Source: Ophelia neglecta (taxonomy: Eukaryota). Taken from it: DNA of 64,000 bases. The notes under the pieces were generated by a model. It did not search any database. It was given only the letters and a program-made list of their open reading frames with translations, and was not told the origin of the DNA. This document shows, one piece after another, positions 35,637 through 48,856 of the stretch (its first letter is position 1; each line of letters starts with the position of its first letter). The position numbers and the translations under genes are program-made. The stretch spans positions 37,076,001 to 37,140,000 of the forward strand of contig OZ260666.1 in assembly GCA_965285935.1 (NCBI GenBank), given 5' to 3'.

Positions 35637-38600
35637 ATAGAAAATTAAAAAAATATTAAAAATAAAATAACTCAAAAAAATGGCGCCACTATCAGTAATG
35701 TTAATCATCTACTCAGATGCAGACTGAGGCTTGGTTTATGTGTTGAAGTTGATTTTCTTTACAAATATTCATTTCCTGCTTTTTCTTGGCAGGTTGTATT
35801 TGTACATTGTTTACAACACTTAGTGATCTCACGTGCCAAAATATGTACAGATTCATTGACTTGCTGTGACCCCCTTTAGATGCACAATCACTACTCGTTT
35901 GAGTATCAGTTCTGTTCTTGAGGTCCCAATCATCACCGTCCATGTAGTAGTTGGAAGTGCTTATCATAGGAAAACCCCATATATATTATTGCAGTTATTT
36001 ATTCTTATTATTATTATTGTAGTTAGGTATGAGAGAGAAAAGTAATGTAACTAAAAGATATCTAAGCAAGGAAATTTGTAATGTTGACCAATAATGGTGA
36101 TACAAGGGACCAAATACATACCATCGGATTAAATTTGGAAGCTGCAACCCTCAAAGCTGGTCCATGTCTAACCTGCGGTCACAGAACCAAATTTTCACGA
36201 AATTATTACATCAGTGCCACATGGTTTGCTGTATATTAATTGCAAAGTGGTTATGAACAACTGTGAGACCAGATAAAACAACGCACACACTTTCACCTGC
36301 AATTTGCACATTTCGACATTTTCGACCCTGTCTGAAGACAGCCTGTGTTAGTTACTAGTAACTGCTGTGTAATTAAGTGTTCTGCTGGCGCTGCCCTAGC
36401 CTCGTTTATATTGTATACTGTATTGTACCTAGCTCAGTCTGCATTTGACAGTGATGGGATGTAGAGTAGTGATCTGCTTTGAGTGATTTCCTTTTACTGC
36501 ACTGTAGCAAAGCCTCATGGGAAACTGGCATAGCACATAAATTTTATGTATTTTTTACATCTGATTTTTTACATCTATTTCTGCTAAGTCAACTTGAATT
36601 GCTACTAATTATAAATAATTATTTATTGGTTGAAATATTTATCAATTGCACTCATCAATTGCAAATTTTTCCTAAATGGGTTGCAATGCCCTAACTCATC
36701 ACTTGCTGTTTGAAATTTCTTCAATCTTGCACAGTTAGCACTAAGCGTGTTTTACGCATGAAAAGAATTACTTATTATATATTCTGATTGTGAAATGGCA
36801 CATTTTCTATTTGAAGAAGATTAAGTGATTCCTGTTGGTAGTGTTGCTGTCGGTTAAAGAAGCCTTTCCCATGATGCTTTGCATTGGACTTTGTACCTTT
36901 CCAATGTTTGAGATGTGACCTGGGTTTGGTTCGCTTCCCCAAGTTAACTATACATTCTTTCTGGCCCTTTCGAGATTGTTTGTTATATGATATGTTAGAA
37001 AAACTGTTTTTGACACAGTTTTTTCTTTTTAATGAAATGGGTTCAATGTGCTTTTTGACTGAGTTAACTAGGTCAGAAGGTCCATAAAACTAGTGAAGTG
37101 AATCATCCCAGGACAAATTTGCCTTGACCTTGAAGTCACACAACCAAGTGAAGAGATGATAGAGAGATTAGTTATTGAGATGCCAACTCAGCCAAGTGTA
37201 TGTGTATGTAGTTATGCAGAGAGCCCATCATGGTGTAATGTAGCAAGTGTAGATGAAGAATTTATATGGGAGTGGTTGCCAATGCAGCTGACCTATGCTA
37301 CTATGGTAATATGATATCCAAGATGGCCGGCATAGCCTGGCTCAGTCAGTTCGTTATACACCCGGTTCTTCCCTGCTAGTCATCCTCGATGTACGTTGTT
37401 CACCCAAGCAAATTTAATGTAAAGGTTGGATGGTGCTTTGTTACATATATACAAAATACTCAGTGTATACAAACTTCTGTGATATACTTTGTATTGATTT
37501 ATTGTTATTTCGTTACCTCATTATTGTTTATAAGTGTTTTAATTACTGTGCCATGTTCGCCATATTTACTCAAGTTGACTCTTTAACTTTTGAGTTGAGA
37601 TTAATATCCACATTTTCGGCATGGCTATCCTGACCCTCTACAAAAGGATGCTTGTATCTGGCTCATACAACTCTGGGCATTTTAGGCAGTCCAAAAGGTT
37701 AAAAGGTCATTGAGTAAGTATGGTATCTAACAAGTCATGTAAGTTGGCAGGTGAGCTAGGCAACAAAGCCAATGTACCATGTAGAGCGCTTTCTTCCCCG
37801 GTATCTAATTTTATTGCGATATTTATGCCAATTGACTATCTTGTAGCTGTGGCATGTACCAATTTCTTGCTAAGTTGATGGGAAACACTGGCTGTGTGAC
37901 TTCAAAATGGCAGAATGTAAGAGAGGGACTTTTACCCAGAATAAAGTGGAGTGAATCAGAATTTTTCTACTGTTGTATTTGACAAATTGAGGCATTATTT
38001 TGTCCCTTCTGCATAAACCCACATCTATTTCTCTGAACTTTCTGTACTATATCCTAACTATTACTAAACTGAGAAGTATCTAAGCACTTGTTTGCCATCT
38101 ACTATTTAGGTTTGGACTTGGCATAATACCACCTTTGTTGCCCATACCTGCCAACTTATAGGCAGCTAGAACATGACACATCTGGCAGAAATAAACACTT
38201 TTTAGTCTAGAACGTTTTATACATATTTATATGTAAATGTATAGGTTGATATCTGAGGAACACCAAATTTGTACACTTTCACTGTTAGGCTGAAGACTTT
38301 GAAGTTTTCTGAAAAATCGTCTTTAGGCTGAAACTGGGATAACTCGAGAGCACTTGCTTAAGTGATACCATAGAAGCAGTGCCTTATTGTTAGCTTTTGT
38401 TGCCATGGCAGCCATCACTGGTTGTCATGGCAATACCACCATGCCTTGTAGTATGAAATACAAAAACATTTCTTTCTGCCAGAACCACTGATGCATGTAT
38501 TGTATTTATATCCTCTGTTCACAGTCATTGTAAACTATAATGGCATGCTTTTATCCTGGCTTACCTATTGTTGAATTCTCATTTTGATTGTATTTCATTG

Positions 38601-39564
38601 TATTTTTTTATGTTAAATTTGACATCATTTATTTACATTCTGTTATTTTTATTTTGAGCACTGTTTAATAATTGACTGATACCTTTATAGATTTGAATAT
38701 TTTCAGTGCATGGATTGTAGCTCCTTTTGCTGGATTCCAACAAGTTTGCATGGAAAGGGTGACCAAAGAATGTATATACTATGAATCAAAATATTATATC
38801 ATCTTAAAAGTAAAGAAAAATGGCTGCTTGGAAGAAATTAAACCTTCTATTTAAATTTATGAAGACAAATATGTTGCATGTGTGTAAATGTGTAAGTGAG
38901 CAAGTCTTGACTGTGTGTTCCTTCTGCCTTCCTTCCTTCATTCCTTGCCCTTTTTTCCCCCATTCAGCCCCTGTAAGTGGAAATAAATAAAAACAATAAA
39001 AAATAGTAAATTCAGTCCTAACAAGTTTTGACCATAAAATACTGCCACCCTGGGTTCATTAGCTTGTGCCAGCTATTCTAAGTCAAGTTAATGTGTTCAT
39101 GGTTGTAGGGTTATGGTCAAACTTTTAAAAACACATCATATAGTTATTATGCTGCTATTTCATTATTGTCCACCTCTTTTCATGAAGTGGTAGATATTAA
39201 AATAGCCTCCAATATGATATTGTTAGGTCAATTACTGTTATAATAGACTGCTATATAAACGAAATAAAAAAATAAAATAAATAGTGTCGAAAAACAAATC
39301 ATCATCTATCAGGTAAGATATCATTTGTTATTCTCTAGAATATTAAATAGTGTGACACAATTTTAGTAATTTCCTATAGGAAAGTAAACATTCATTATAT
39401 ATCACATCCTAATCATCATTCTTATACAAGAGTAGACTAGTGATGACATCTCTTGTTGTTCCTATTACTTATCCACCCATTCCCTCCACGACATGCAGCT
39501 GTACCACTTGCAGGAATGCTATACATCTGGCTGGTTCTATACGTAAGTTTCTGACTTTTTCTAG

Positions 39565-40068
39565 GTGAGGTAACAACACATCGCACAGAGCGCCACATCC
39601 AGCTGGTCCAGAATGTGCAGCGCCGCACTCAGAAGATGCAGGTCCAAGTTACTCGCCTGCAAGAATCAGGTGAGCTGCTGCACAGTAATGTAGTGCTTGA
39701 ATCCAGTGAGTCTAAAGCCACCTCCTCTCCTGCCCTCTCCCTGTGGGAGGAGCGGGCTAAGGCCCTGCAGAGCAGGAGGGTGGAAGACTCCCCCTGCTTC
39801 GTGCTGCCACTGCGCCGCACCGTTGTCACTGAGGGTGAACCAGTACTGATGGAGGTGAAGGTGACGGGGAATCCTGCTCCACAGGTGTCGTGGTTTCTAG
39901 ACGCGGAGCATCTCACCGACACTGCCCTTTATTTGTTCGATAGCACGCCTGATGGTATATATACGCTTACTGTCAAAGAAGCATTTCCTGAAGATGAAGG
40001 AGAATATGTGTGCTGTGCCACTAACAAACATGGAACTGCTACCAGTGTTGCATGTCTTGTTGTAAAAG
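39565..40068 (+). CDS. Exon, linker plus Ig, phase 1-1
   Basis: SPCFVLPLRRTVVTEGEPVLMEVKVTGNPAPQVSWF...EDEGEYVCCATNKHG; tttctag / G|GTGTGT. Confidence 0.88.
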
Positions 40069-40357
40069 GTGTGTGCTCTTTTGAATATACATTTTAACCC
40101 TGATAATAGCATAGAAAAAGTGTCTGTAACTTTGACATTACTTGAATATGTAGTGTGAGATTTATTTTACATTTAGTGCTAAATTATCTAGCATGTTCCT
40201 GCTTTAATCATGTTAGCTTGTTATTTGTTGAAAACAGTAAAATATTTTAAAGCATGTTTTATCAGTAGTCGTTCATCAGTTTTGAAAATGATATTAAAGT
40301 TTGTGCAGATTACTTTTGACTAAAAACATATGTTTGAGGTTGGTCAGGCATCTCCCC

Positions 40358-40402
40358 TTTTTATGCCTCCGCCCCGAAGGGTCCGGAGGCATTATGTTTT
40401 TT
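40358..40402 (+). mobile_element. Truncated 5' end of a second HINE/DINE-like family
   Basis: TTTTTATGCCTCCG-CCCCGAAGGGTC-CGGAGGCATTATGTTTT: same subTIR/IR layout as the end of the 3191-4556 element but a different sequence. Confidence 0.55.
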
Positions 40403-43400
40403 TCTACCTCATTATCTTATTTAATATTAGAATAAAAAATCTGGGCTGGCAAAATATATAGAAGTAAGAAAAAACAGTAGTAGAATGGGATCTAATATAA
40501 AAGTGCTTGAAAATCTCCAGATTAAGATCAGTTTTATATGATCTTAATAATTTTGTGCAAGTATTGTATTGAATGTCTTTTTATGTTTTTGTTTTTTGTA
40601 CAAATGCATGTACTTTCAACAGTTACTACAATAACACAGAAACTTATCCAATAACAAAGCATCCCCACCCAAACACAAGACCAAAGAGAAAAAAAACATT
40701 TCGTCGCGCATGACAGTGATGTGAATTAAGTGATACTCAACCTTTAATTCTCCTTCATTTTACCAATGAAAAAACATATGCTAAAATATGGACCCTCGGC
40801 AATTTAGCTGCACCTGGTTTGCCCTCGTGACGACAACGGAAACGAGTTATTTGATGTTTTCAAGGGCACTGAGTATACATGTAAGTAAGTTATTTATTAG
40901 AATATGTCTTCCAATATCGAGACTTATTAAGTGTTACCCCCCATGTAACTGTGGCACAGTCTGTTTTAAATTAATGGTAATTGTAGCAGCAAGTCTTTAG
41001 GTCTTGCAGGTGAAATGCATACTCAGAGCATACCAGTTTAGAATCTCCTAATTTCTGATAAGGATTCTGGTCAAGGATAAGCAAAACATTAAGTGCAAAA
41101 AGTGAGTAATGTTTACTCATAATGTCTTAAGGTATAAAAGTTATTAACAGGAAAAACATTGGTAGACTCTGTGGAAACATTTCTTCTTAACAAACATATT
41201 TTCCAATTTTTACAACTTTCGCCACAACACCTGGGTGGTTTCCATTGAAAAGCAGTGGTATGTGTCATCGTCCACTTTTATAGCAAATCATAGTGTAGTA
41301 ATGTATTAGCCATGTACATGTATACCTTGTGGTGCCCTACAGGAAATTCTTCCCATGGTAGTAAATTGCTACTCACATTATATGTGTATTTAAAATTGTA
41401 CATTGCTTGTACCTCTGTAAAGCTGTGTATCCTCCAATACCCCCCTCTCTAGTCCTAATGCATTCTTTGTTTTATCAATGTTTTATTCTTTCAGGGTTAC
41501 CAGGGTTTTTCAGATTTCCTCGCCGATCGGATAATTTGTTTTCTATTTGTTTTCTTTTTTTCCGCTCATGTTCATTTTCATTTTTCTATTTGGTCATTTT
41601 CAGGGATGGTCATTTCATGAGAATATTCCTTCATTTCTTCCTTCTTATCTTTTCTTGTTGTTTGTCCTATACATTAATCACATTTTCAGGTATTTACCTC
41701 TTTTCATTCCTCATCATCTTAGATGAACCTTTCAAGGTCAACCATATATATGAATCTAATTTGCTTATTGTTATTTATTGGGAGATTTTTTCTTTAAAGT
41801 ATTAATGAACAACTGTGTCTTACATAATTTGATTTACAATTCTTTAAAACTGTTTTATTGCCATAGCCTTGAAGTATGCGTGTTTAGCCCACAAATTATT
41901 TCTCTTTTTAATTTTTGGGTTAACAGACATCTGCAATAGGTCCTCATTGGGCCAATAATTTTCGATTCTTTTAATTATGCGGTTTTGACCCTACTTGCGA
42001 AATTTGCAAAATATTGGGCTTGTCAAATATAAGCATTTTAGACTAATATGATATTGGGCCATTTTCTATAAGAGGGTTGCTCAAGCTAGTGCACTATTTG
42101 TTTAATTCAAATAAATAATGCCTGTATGCCTTAGATTACAATCAAATAAAACTGACCAATTAAACACATAACTACCCTCCCTCAAGTTAATATTTTAACC
42201 AAAACAGGGCCAAAGAAATGATAAAAAGGCAGTTGAAAAAAATAGCCCTATATAATGTCCTGCTTTGACAAAAAAATGTATGAGAAATGAAAGGAAAAAT
42301 TTTGTTTTGGTTTGAAACCACCAGTCATGCTTTTTATTATTGGAAAGATGCAAAGCTGCTTAAACTATATGAAGATAATGAAGATAAGTTAAGATAGTTA
42401 TGAATATACGAAGGCCTAAAAACATTTTGAAAACTCTCAATAAACTTACAATTTTTTTATTGGCTTTGATGAGATAAAATACCTTTGGAAAATCATGCAT
42501 TATGCAAAATATTGTAGTTTTGAATTTTAAAGACTAAACTAGCAACATAATGTTTACTGAGCAATATACACAATAAACTTTTAATAAAATAATGTATAAT
42601 TGATTAAGATGAACATGGAAGCAAAATGTGTTGCAAGTAATGTAGTGGATAGTGAATATTAAAACACATACATGGCTAAAAATGGAGTCATTGATACACA
42701 CATGGACCAAATCTCCAAAAGTATTCCAAACTCTTTCAGGAAAGAGGCGCTTTTCATCATCTCACTTCAGATTTTATGGGTGATTTTTATGATGCCACAA
42801 AGAAAAATTGCACACCATGTTTGTGACATCATGATCCCAATCACTACTACTTGCGTACACAAATAACCTTATTTGGTTAATGTCATCGGAGGTAACTAGT
42901 TAACAGGGATCAAAAATTGAATTACGCAGTACAAACTTGGGTTAGAAAATTTGCTACAATCAACAATGAGAACTGTTGCTAATGGCTTTTTTTATAACAA
43001 AGATTAGAAAAATTGTTGGTGATAGCATTTGATATACATGTAAAGAACCATTGGTTTAAGTGAAAAAGTTGACAGCTGCAGAAAGGTTAACACCATGAAG
43101 CAGTTTAATCCAAATCGATTTGACCTAAGGTGGGTAATATGCTTGTTAATAATAACTAATATGATAGATAGCTGCTATTCTAATGACAACTGTATCAGAG
43201 AACTGAGCAATTATGTAAAAATAACCCAATCATCAATGAGACATGTTGTGATAAATGTTCTCCTGCATTGGTATTAAAGTTAACATCTAAGGCAGAAAAA
43301 AGTTGTTAAAGTAATGCTCTGGTTCTTCACTCTCCTTTCTCTAATACAACCCAGACTGTTTTTGAATAAATTTGTGAATTGCTACCCCTGTCAATCTTTA

Positions 43401-45323
43401 AAAAAAATGTCACCTAGCTGCCTTATGATCCACCAAATATAGAATAAAAAACTGACAAAATAGGACCTCCTCAACTTATTGACTAGGTAGCTGATGTTAA
43501 ATGTGAGCTGTGTCGGTTTCTAATTTCTGTTAACAGTAATGACCACTAACCCTCTACGTCAATTTTTATGTATATAACACAAAAGGAGTTTTGTTTCATT
43601 CAGTCTAGTTTTATTTTTACCCATATCCACACCTATACATAATAGCTTTCAAAGGAAGATTGCATAACTGATCATCTCTAGTGTTTCAATATGATGCTGG
43701 GCACTGCAAGAACCATCCATAGGGATCAACAGTGATGCCCAAAAATATTCTCCAGATAATGTACAAAACAGGCTGTTAAAACAATAAACAATACCCAGAC
43801 TATTTGAATATGAAAATCCAAATTGGGCCAAATTTAGCTGATTTTAGATTGGTGACTAGGGTAAGCATATCAACAGGTATAATTTGGAACATCTGGTGTA
43901 GCTTTCTAGAAAATAATGTCCAGGAGAGAATATGTAAAATAATAACAAATTATTATAGTGAACATTTTATGTAATATGATGAAAATGTTATAAATACAAA
44001 TCCCAATAAGATTGACAATAAAACTAAAAAATTTATCATAAAGACTGTAATGAATAATGATGCAAGTGAAAATATATTAAGATAAGATAATCAAACTGTC
44101 CTAGTGAAGAGCTGTATCCATTATAAGCACAGCTTATTTAAGACAAGAACAAACTAAGTAGCATAGATATTCCAAGCAATTTATCTCTTTAGAAAAACAC
44201 ATATAATTCATTGAAAAATAAAACAGTGAAACACCTGGCAAAAGACCATGAAACCATGAAAAGACCATGAGACCATGAAAAGAAATGAGTTCTTTTAAAT
44301 GGGTAAGGAGGGGAGGGGGAGGGGGGGGGGGGGGGTAGAGAGGATACCAATTTGTGGGACAAAATTGAATCCTTGGTCTTGACTAGGTTTCATTTTAATT
44401 AGCAGTATTTTGTTTATACAAAATGAAAGAGTACGGTTGTGGTGGACATATCTCACTGAGATACAATACCATAGACATTGAAGTTGTTCACCAGATGATA
44501 CTGTAAAACATATAGCTCCTCTTAAATTGTTGAAACCCAACCTTGATTACTTAATGTCAACTTGAATACACATACAGAGAAAACATGGATGAATTATGCT
44601 GTTTCACTTCAAGTTAATCACATAGATTAACACACATTCAAATTTTCTGTACAACACTCATTTATTATATATAGACTCCTAGCCATTAAATTCAGGCTCA
44701 ATCCCATTGTATATTTTTTCTTTTTGTCATTCAAATCATTCATTCCACTTAATCCAAGGTATGGTAGAATTTGAGAATAGAATGTTTTAACAAAATATGG
44801 GTGCCACAGAATAATTTTATTATTCAACATGTTTAGGCTTAAACTAATTGCTTTATGAGAGAATTGCAAAATGAAAAAGATTGGCACTATTCCATCTTTG
44901 GAAGTATGGAATAGAAGTTAATTTGCTATATTTAGTTTAGAAAAGGGCAATTAATGTCAAACTTAGCCAGATCTGTGTGCTGGTGCATGCACCAGCATGC
45001 TCCATCTGTAAAAGTGTAGTCTTAGGTTATTTAACAATTAATGCAAGACCCATTCGGGAGGTAGTTAAGCCTTTTTATATCAAGTTAATGTGGTATCTAT
45101 TCTTATTTAGCACACACAATCAGGAATGTTTAAGGATATGAACATTTTATGTTTGTTTGAACATATCTGCAATATTTACAGGATATAGGAGGCCAATACT
45201 ACTAGTCTCGTTGTACAATAACTACTAGCAGGATTAGTTCTGTGAGTAGTTTTTGAGCAACTAGGAAAGAGCAGTATTCAATTCTTGATAATTGTTCACA
45301 ATATGTCTTGTTTTCCCTACCAG

Positions 45324-47276
45324 ACAAACCCCAACCTGAACCTATAGAGGAGACCCTTACCACCACGGACTTGTTTCCTGCAAAGCCAATACAACCTGTC
45401 ACCACTGATACTGTCCCTCATACATTAGAAAAACCTGTTATTCCACAACAGCAGGTATTGACAGTTATTGGAGAACAAGCTTTTGTATTGACAACTGATG
45501 AAACAGACCTGTCTAAACCCACAATTGCAGACTTATCCAAGACTACCATAACAAGTAGCGAGTTAGAGAAGGTCACTCAAGATCAACCAGATAGTCAGGC
45601 TCAGCCAATAATAACAGAGTCTGTCACAGAAACTGTTCAAGATGAAATTTTATCAGACAAGCCTGAAACTATGGCTGTATCTGAAGTAACATCTGATTTT
45701 GAAATGCCAGTGAGGGAAAAAATGGAGGAAATGCATTTGATATCAAAAGAAATTCCTGCTTCAAAAGAGCAGTTTATTGGTATTTTGCCCGAAGAAATTG
45801 AATCAATTATACCATCTGTTTCTGAATTACCAGTTCACGAAGCCACATTGGAAATGCCTATTGAGTCCAGTGTGAAACCAGAGGAACTAGAAATTAAGTT
45901 TGAAAAAAGTCCTGAAGGAATTGATCAAACAAAAACAGAGTTGGTCTCTCCTGAAGTCATAGATGTTCAAATTTTAGAGACATCTACTGAAGAGCCAGAA
46001 ACAGTACCACAGCAGTTCCGTAAAATAGATAGTGTTGAACCAGAGGAACTGTCCACTGAACAAGTGATTTTTGAAGTTAAAGATAAATCCAGACAAAGAG
46101 AAACAACAGAAACAGATTTTGAAATAATTCCAGAAACATTTTCTTCTGAAACCTATGTTGTCACAAAAGAGGACAAAAAAGTTCCAAAAGAAATAGCCGA
46201 AGTGGTTTTTGATGTGTCACCTGATCAACAAGTGACATCCTTAGCCATTCAGCCTGAAAAACCAATTGAGCCTGTTATGATTGAGGTAGAACAGAGAGAG
46301 ACATCACTATTTACATTCGATGTAGAACCCACAAAGCCAGAGCCTCTAAAATTTATTGAGCCTGACGAAGTTATCAGTGAGAAACTGGTTGATCTTGAAG
46401 AGCAACTGATGATTGTTGTCGATGAAGAAGAAGAGTCCATTAAAGAAGAACAATTAGTAGAGGAGGAAAAAGAAATAGCCAGGACAGAAACAGAAAAAAA
46501 AGACGTAACTAAGAAAACATTCACTGAACAATTGGTGGTTGAACCAATAGAGAAATCAAAAACAAAAGAATTAACAGAAATTGGTTTTGAAATAATTCCG
46601 GAAACATTTTCTTCTGAAACATTTGTTGTGGTCCCAAAAGAGGATTCAGAAGATACAAAAGAAACAGCTGAAATGGTGTTTGATGTGACAACTGAACAAC
46701 ATGTAACATCTTTAACCATTCAGCCAGAAAAGCCAATTCAGACAGTTATGGTTGAGGTAGAAAAGAAAGAGACATCACAATTTACATTTGATATAGAACC
46801 CACAATGCAAGAGCCTATAAAAATGACAGAGCCTGTTGGGGTTATCACTGAGAAATTGGATGACAGTGAAGAGCAAAAATATACTGTTGTTGAGGAAGAT
46901 AAGTCTATTAAAGAGGAAATGATAGTAAAAGAGGAAAAAGAAGTAGTGACGGAAGAAAAAGAAATCATAACTATAGATGAAGAAATGGTTAAAGTTGAAG
47001 AAGAGGTGATTGAAAGGGGAGAAGAGGTAATTGTAGAGGTTGAAAAGACAGTTATCGAAGAAGACAGTGAGGTGAAAATAGTTATGAAAGAGGAAGAGAT
47101 AACAAAGGAAGATAATGAGTTAGTTAGGATAGAGAAAGATGATACATTTGAAAGAAAAGAAGTTGTATTGGAAAAAGAGGAAACCAAGGAAGTGGTGGAG
47201 AGGGTTGAATCTGAACAGAAAGTGGAACATGAAAGACAAGTTTCTGAGACAGTCACTGTCCAGGTTAAGGATAGAG
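45324..47276 (+). CDS. Exon, E/V/K/T/I-rich PEVK-like segment, phase 1-1, 1953 nt
   Basis: ORF 45308..47299; ctaccag / G|GTATAT. Confidence 0.87.
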
Positions 47277-48856
47277 GTATATTCAGCATCACAGCATGAA
47301 CACATTTTACTATATGAAAGCTCTATCGGCATGACTGTTAGGTTTAATTTCCTTTTCTAAAGTAAAACCATTTTTTTCAGTTTAGCTAGGTGTATGACTA
47401 TTATCTATTTATTTGAAATTGTTGTGATAATTTGAAATATTTTTATACAGTTTGCTAAAGATGTGATGGCTAACAATATAGTTGTGTAACCTCTATCACT
47501 TCATCCAGATATACATCTTGTCAAATGAGTGATATGATTATTATGAACAATGGCGATGAGTTGTGTTTTTTCCGATGATTCGCATTTTAATTCTGGTTCA
47601 TAATACATTGATTACTGCTCACTTCATGGCTATCGAATGAGGCTATTTGGAACCACTGGTATTCATTTTATATTTTATAAGTACCCACGTAGTTCACATA
47701 CAATTAAGTATTTTTCCCATTATTGAACTTGATCTTACAATCGGAATCCACAGTAAAATCACCTACTTTTACACACGTTACCTTTAACAGTTGACTGAAA
47801 ACATTGTGGGCAGCATAATGCTGCATTGCTAATATAATGATATCTATGATCTAGCAATAAAATAATCTCTTAAGACAATTGTAAATAATAAGAAATAGTA
47901 TAAGCATGAATCTCCTAAGTAGGAAGTTCGATGCAAAGTTGTAAGACCATTGCACTTATTTTTATATCAACTGGGCGGCAGTTTTTATATTAAATTATGA
48001 AATATTATTTAAATTGGTGTTCACATATTTAATTGTCAGGGGGGTCAAATCTTGGTCTAGATTTTAACATCGTTTAAATCTATTTTACAACATTAAAACC
48101 CAATACTTGTGGGAAATGAATACTACACCAATGATATCAATATTAAGATAGTGTCACTGATTTTATGACATTGTGTACATGCATTTTGAATGCTTGTGGT
48201 TATAGTATTGGATAAACATAATTTTATATGATAGCCATTGATGAGCAGCAATCGTGGTACTTGTCACCAGAAATTACCATTGTTAAACAGAGAGAAGTAT
48301 GATAAAATCATTTCTACTCTATGAACTTAATATGTCACTCATTTGGCGACTCCTGTATGCAAGTGAAGCAATGGTGATTACGCACATTGAATATATTTTA
48401 TGTCAAATATTTTGATACATTATTTTTTGTTTTAGACTGATTCTTGGTTATATTTTTAAAAGTATAGTTTCATTCTCATTCGATTGTGTTGTATTGTTTT
48501 GTGCTTTTTGTTCCGTGAGAACACTTGAATGTTGTTGAGATGCAATTATTTCTTCATGCTATTTTGAAATATATTCCTCCCAGATATAATAAATTGCGAT
48601 ATTCTGCAAATGAAAAAAACCTATTATTAAATGGGGTTTAGAAAATCCCTTAAACATCAGACTGATCCCTTTAGCCCTTCCCATGATTGTTGGGTCTTAT
48701 TGGGGTTTCTTTCTATACAGTACAGTTCTTTCATCATTCATTACATGTACGATTTATTATTCATAACCGTCATCTTTGATTTAACACAATTGATTTATCA
48801 TTCACAACCATCTAGACAACTCTTTTCGATTCACATATTTATGTACTTAATTTCAG

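Noticed and set aside
39514-39564. Microexon with GTAAGT donor just before exon 39565
   Set aside because: The implied intron would be only ~22 nt, too short
41407-41805. 132-aa hydrophobic ORF and purine-rich antisense tract
   Set aside because: Low-complexity T-rich sequence; the antisense frame I read has multiple stops; no recognisable transposase or matching second TIR
44241-44335. Short (A/G)ACCATGA repeats and G-run
   Set aside because: Simple-sequence noise with no supportable function
40400-45300. Nested gene in the large AT-rich intron
   Set aside because: Only short ORFs with no coherent splice chain or domain motifs on either strand
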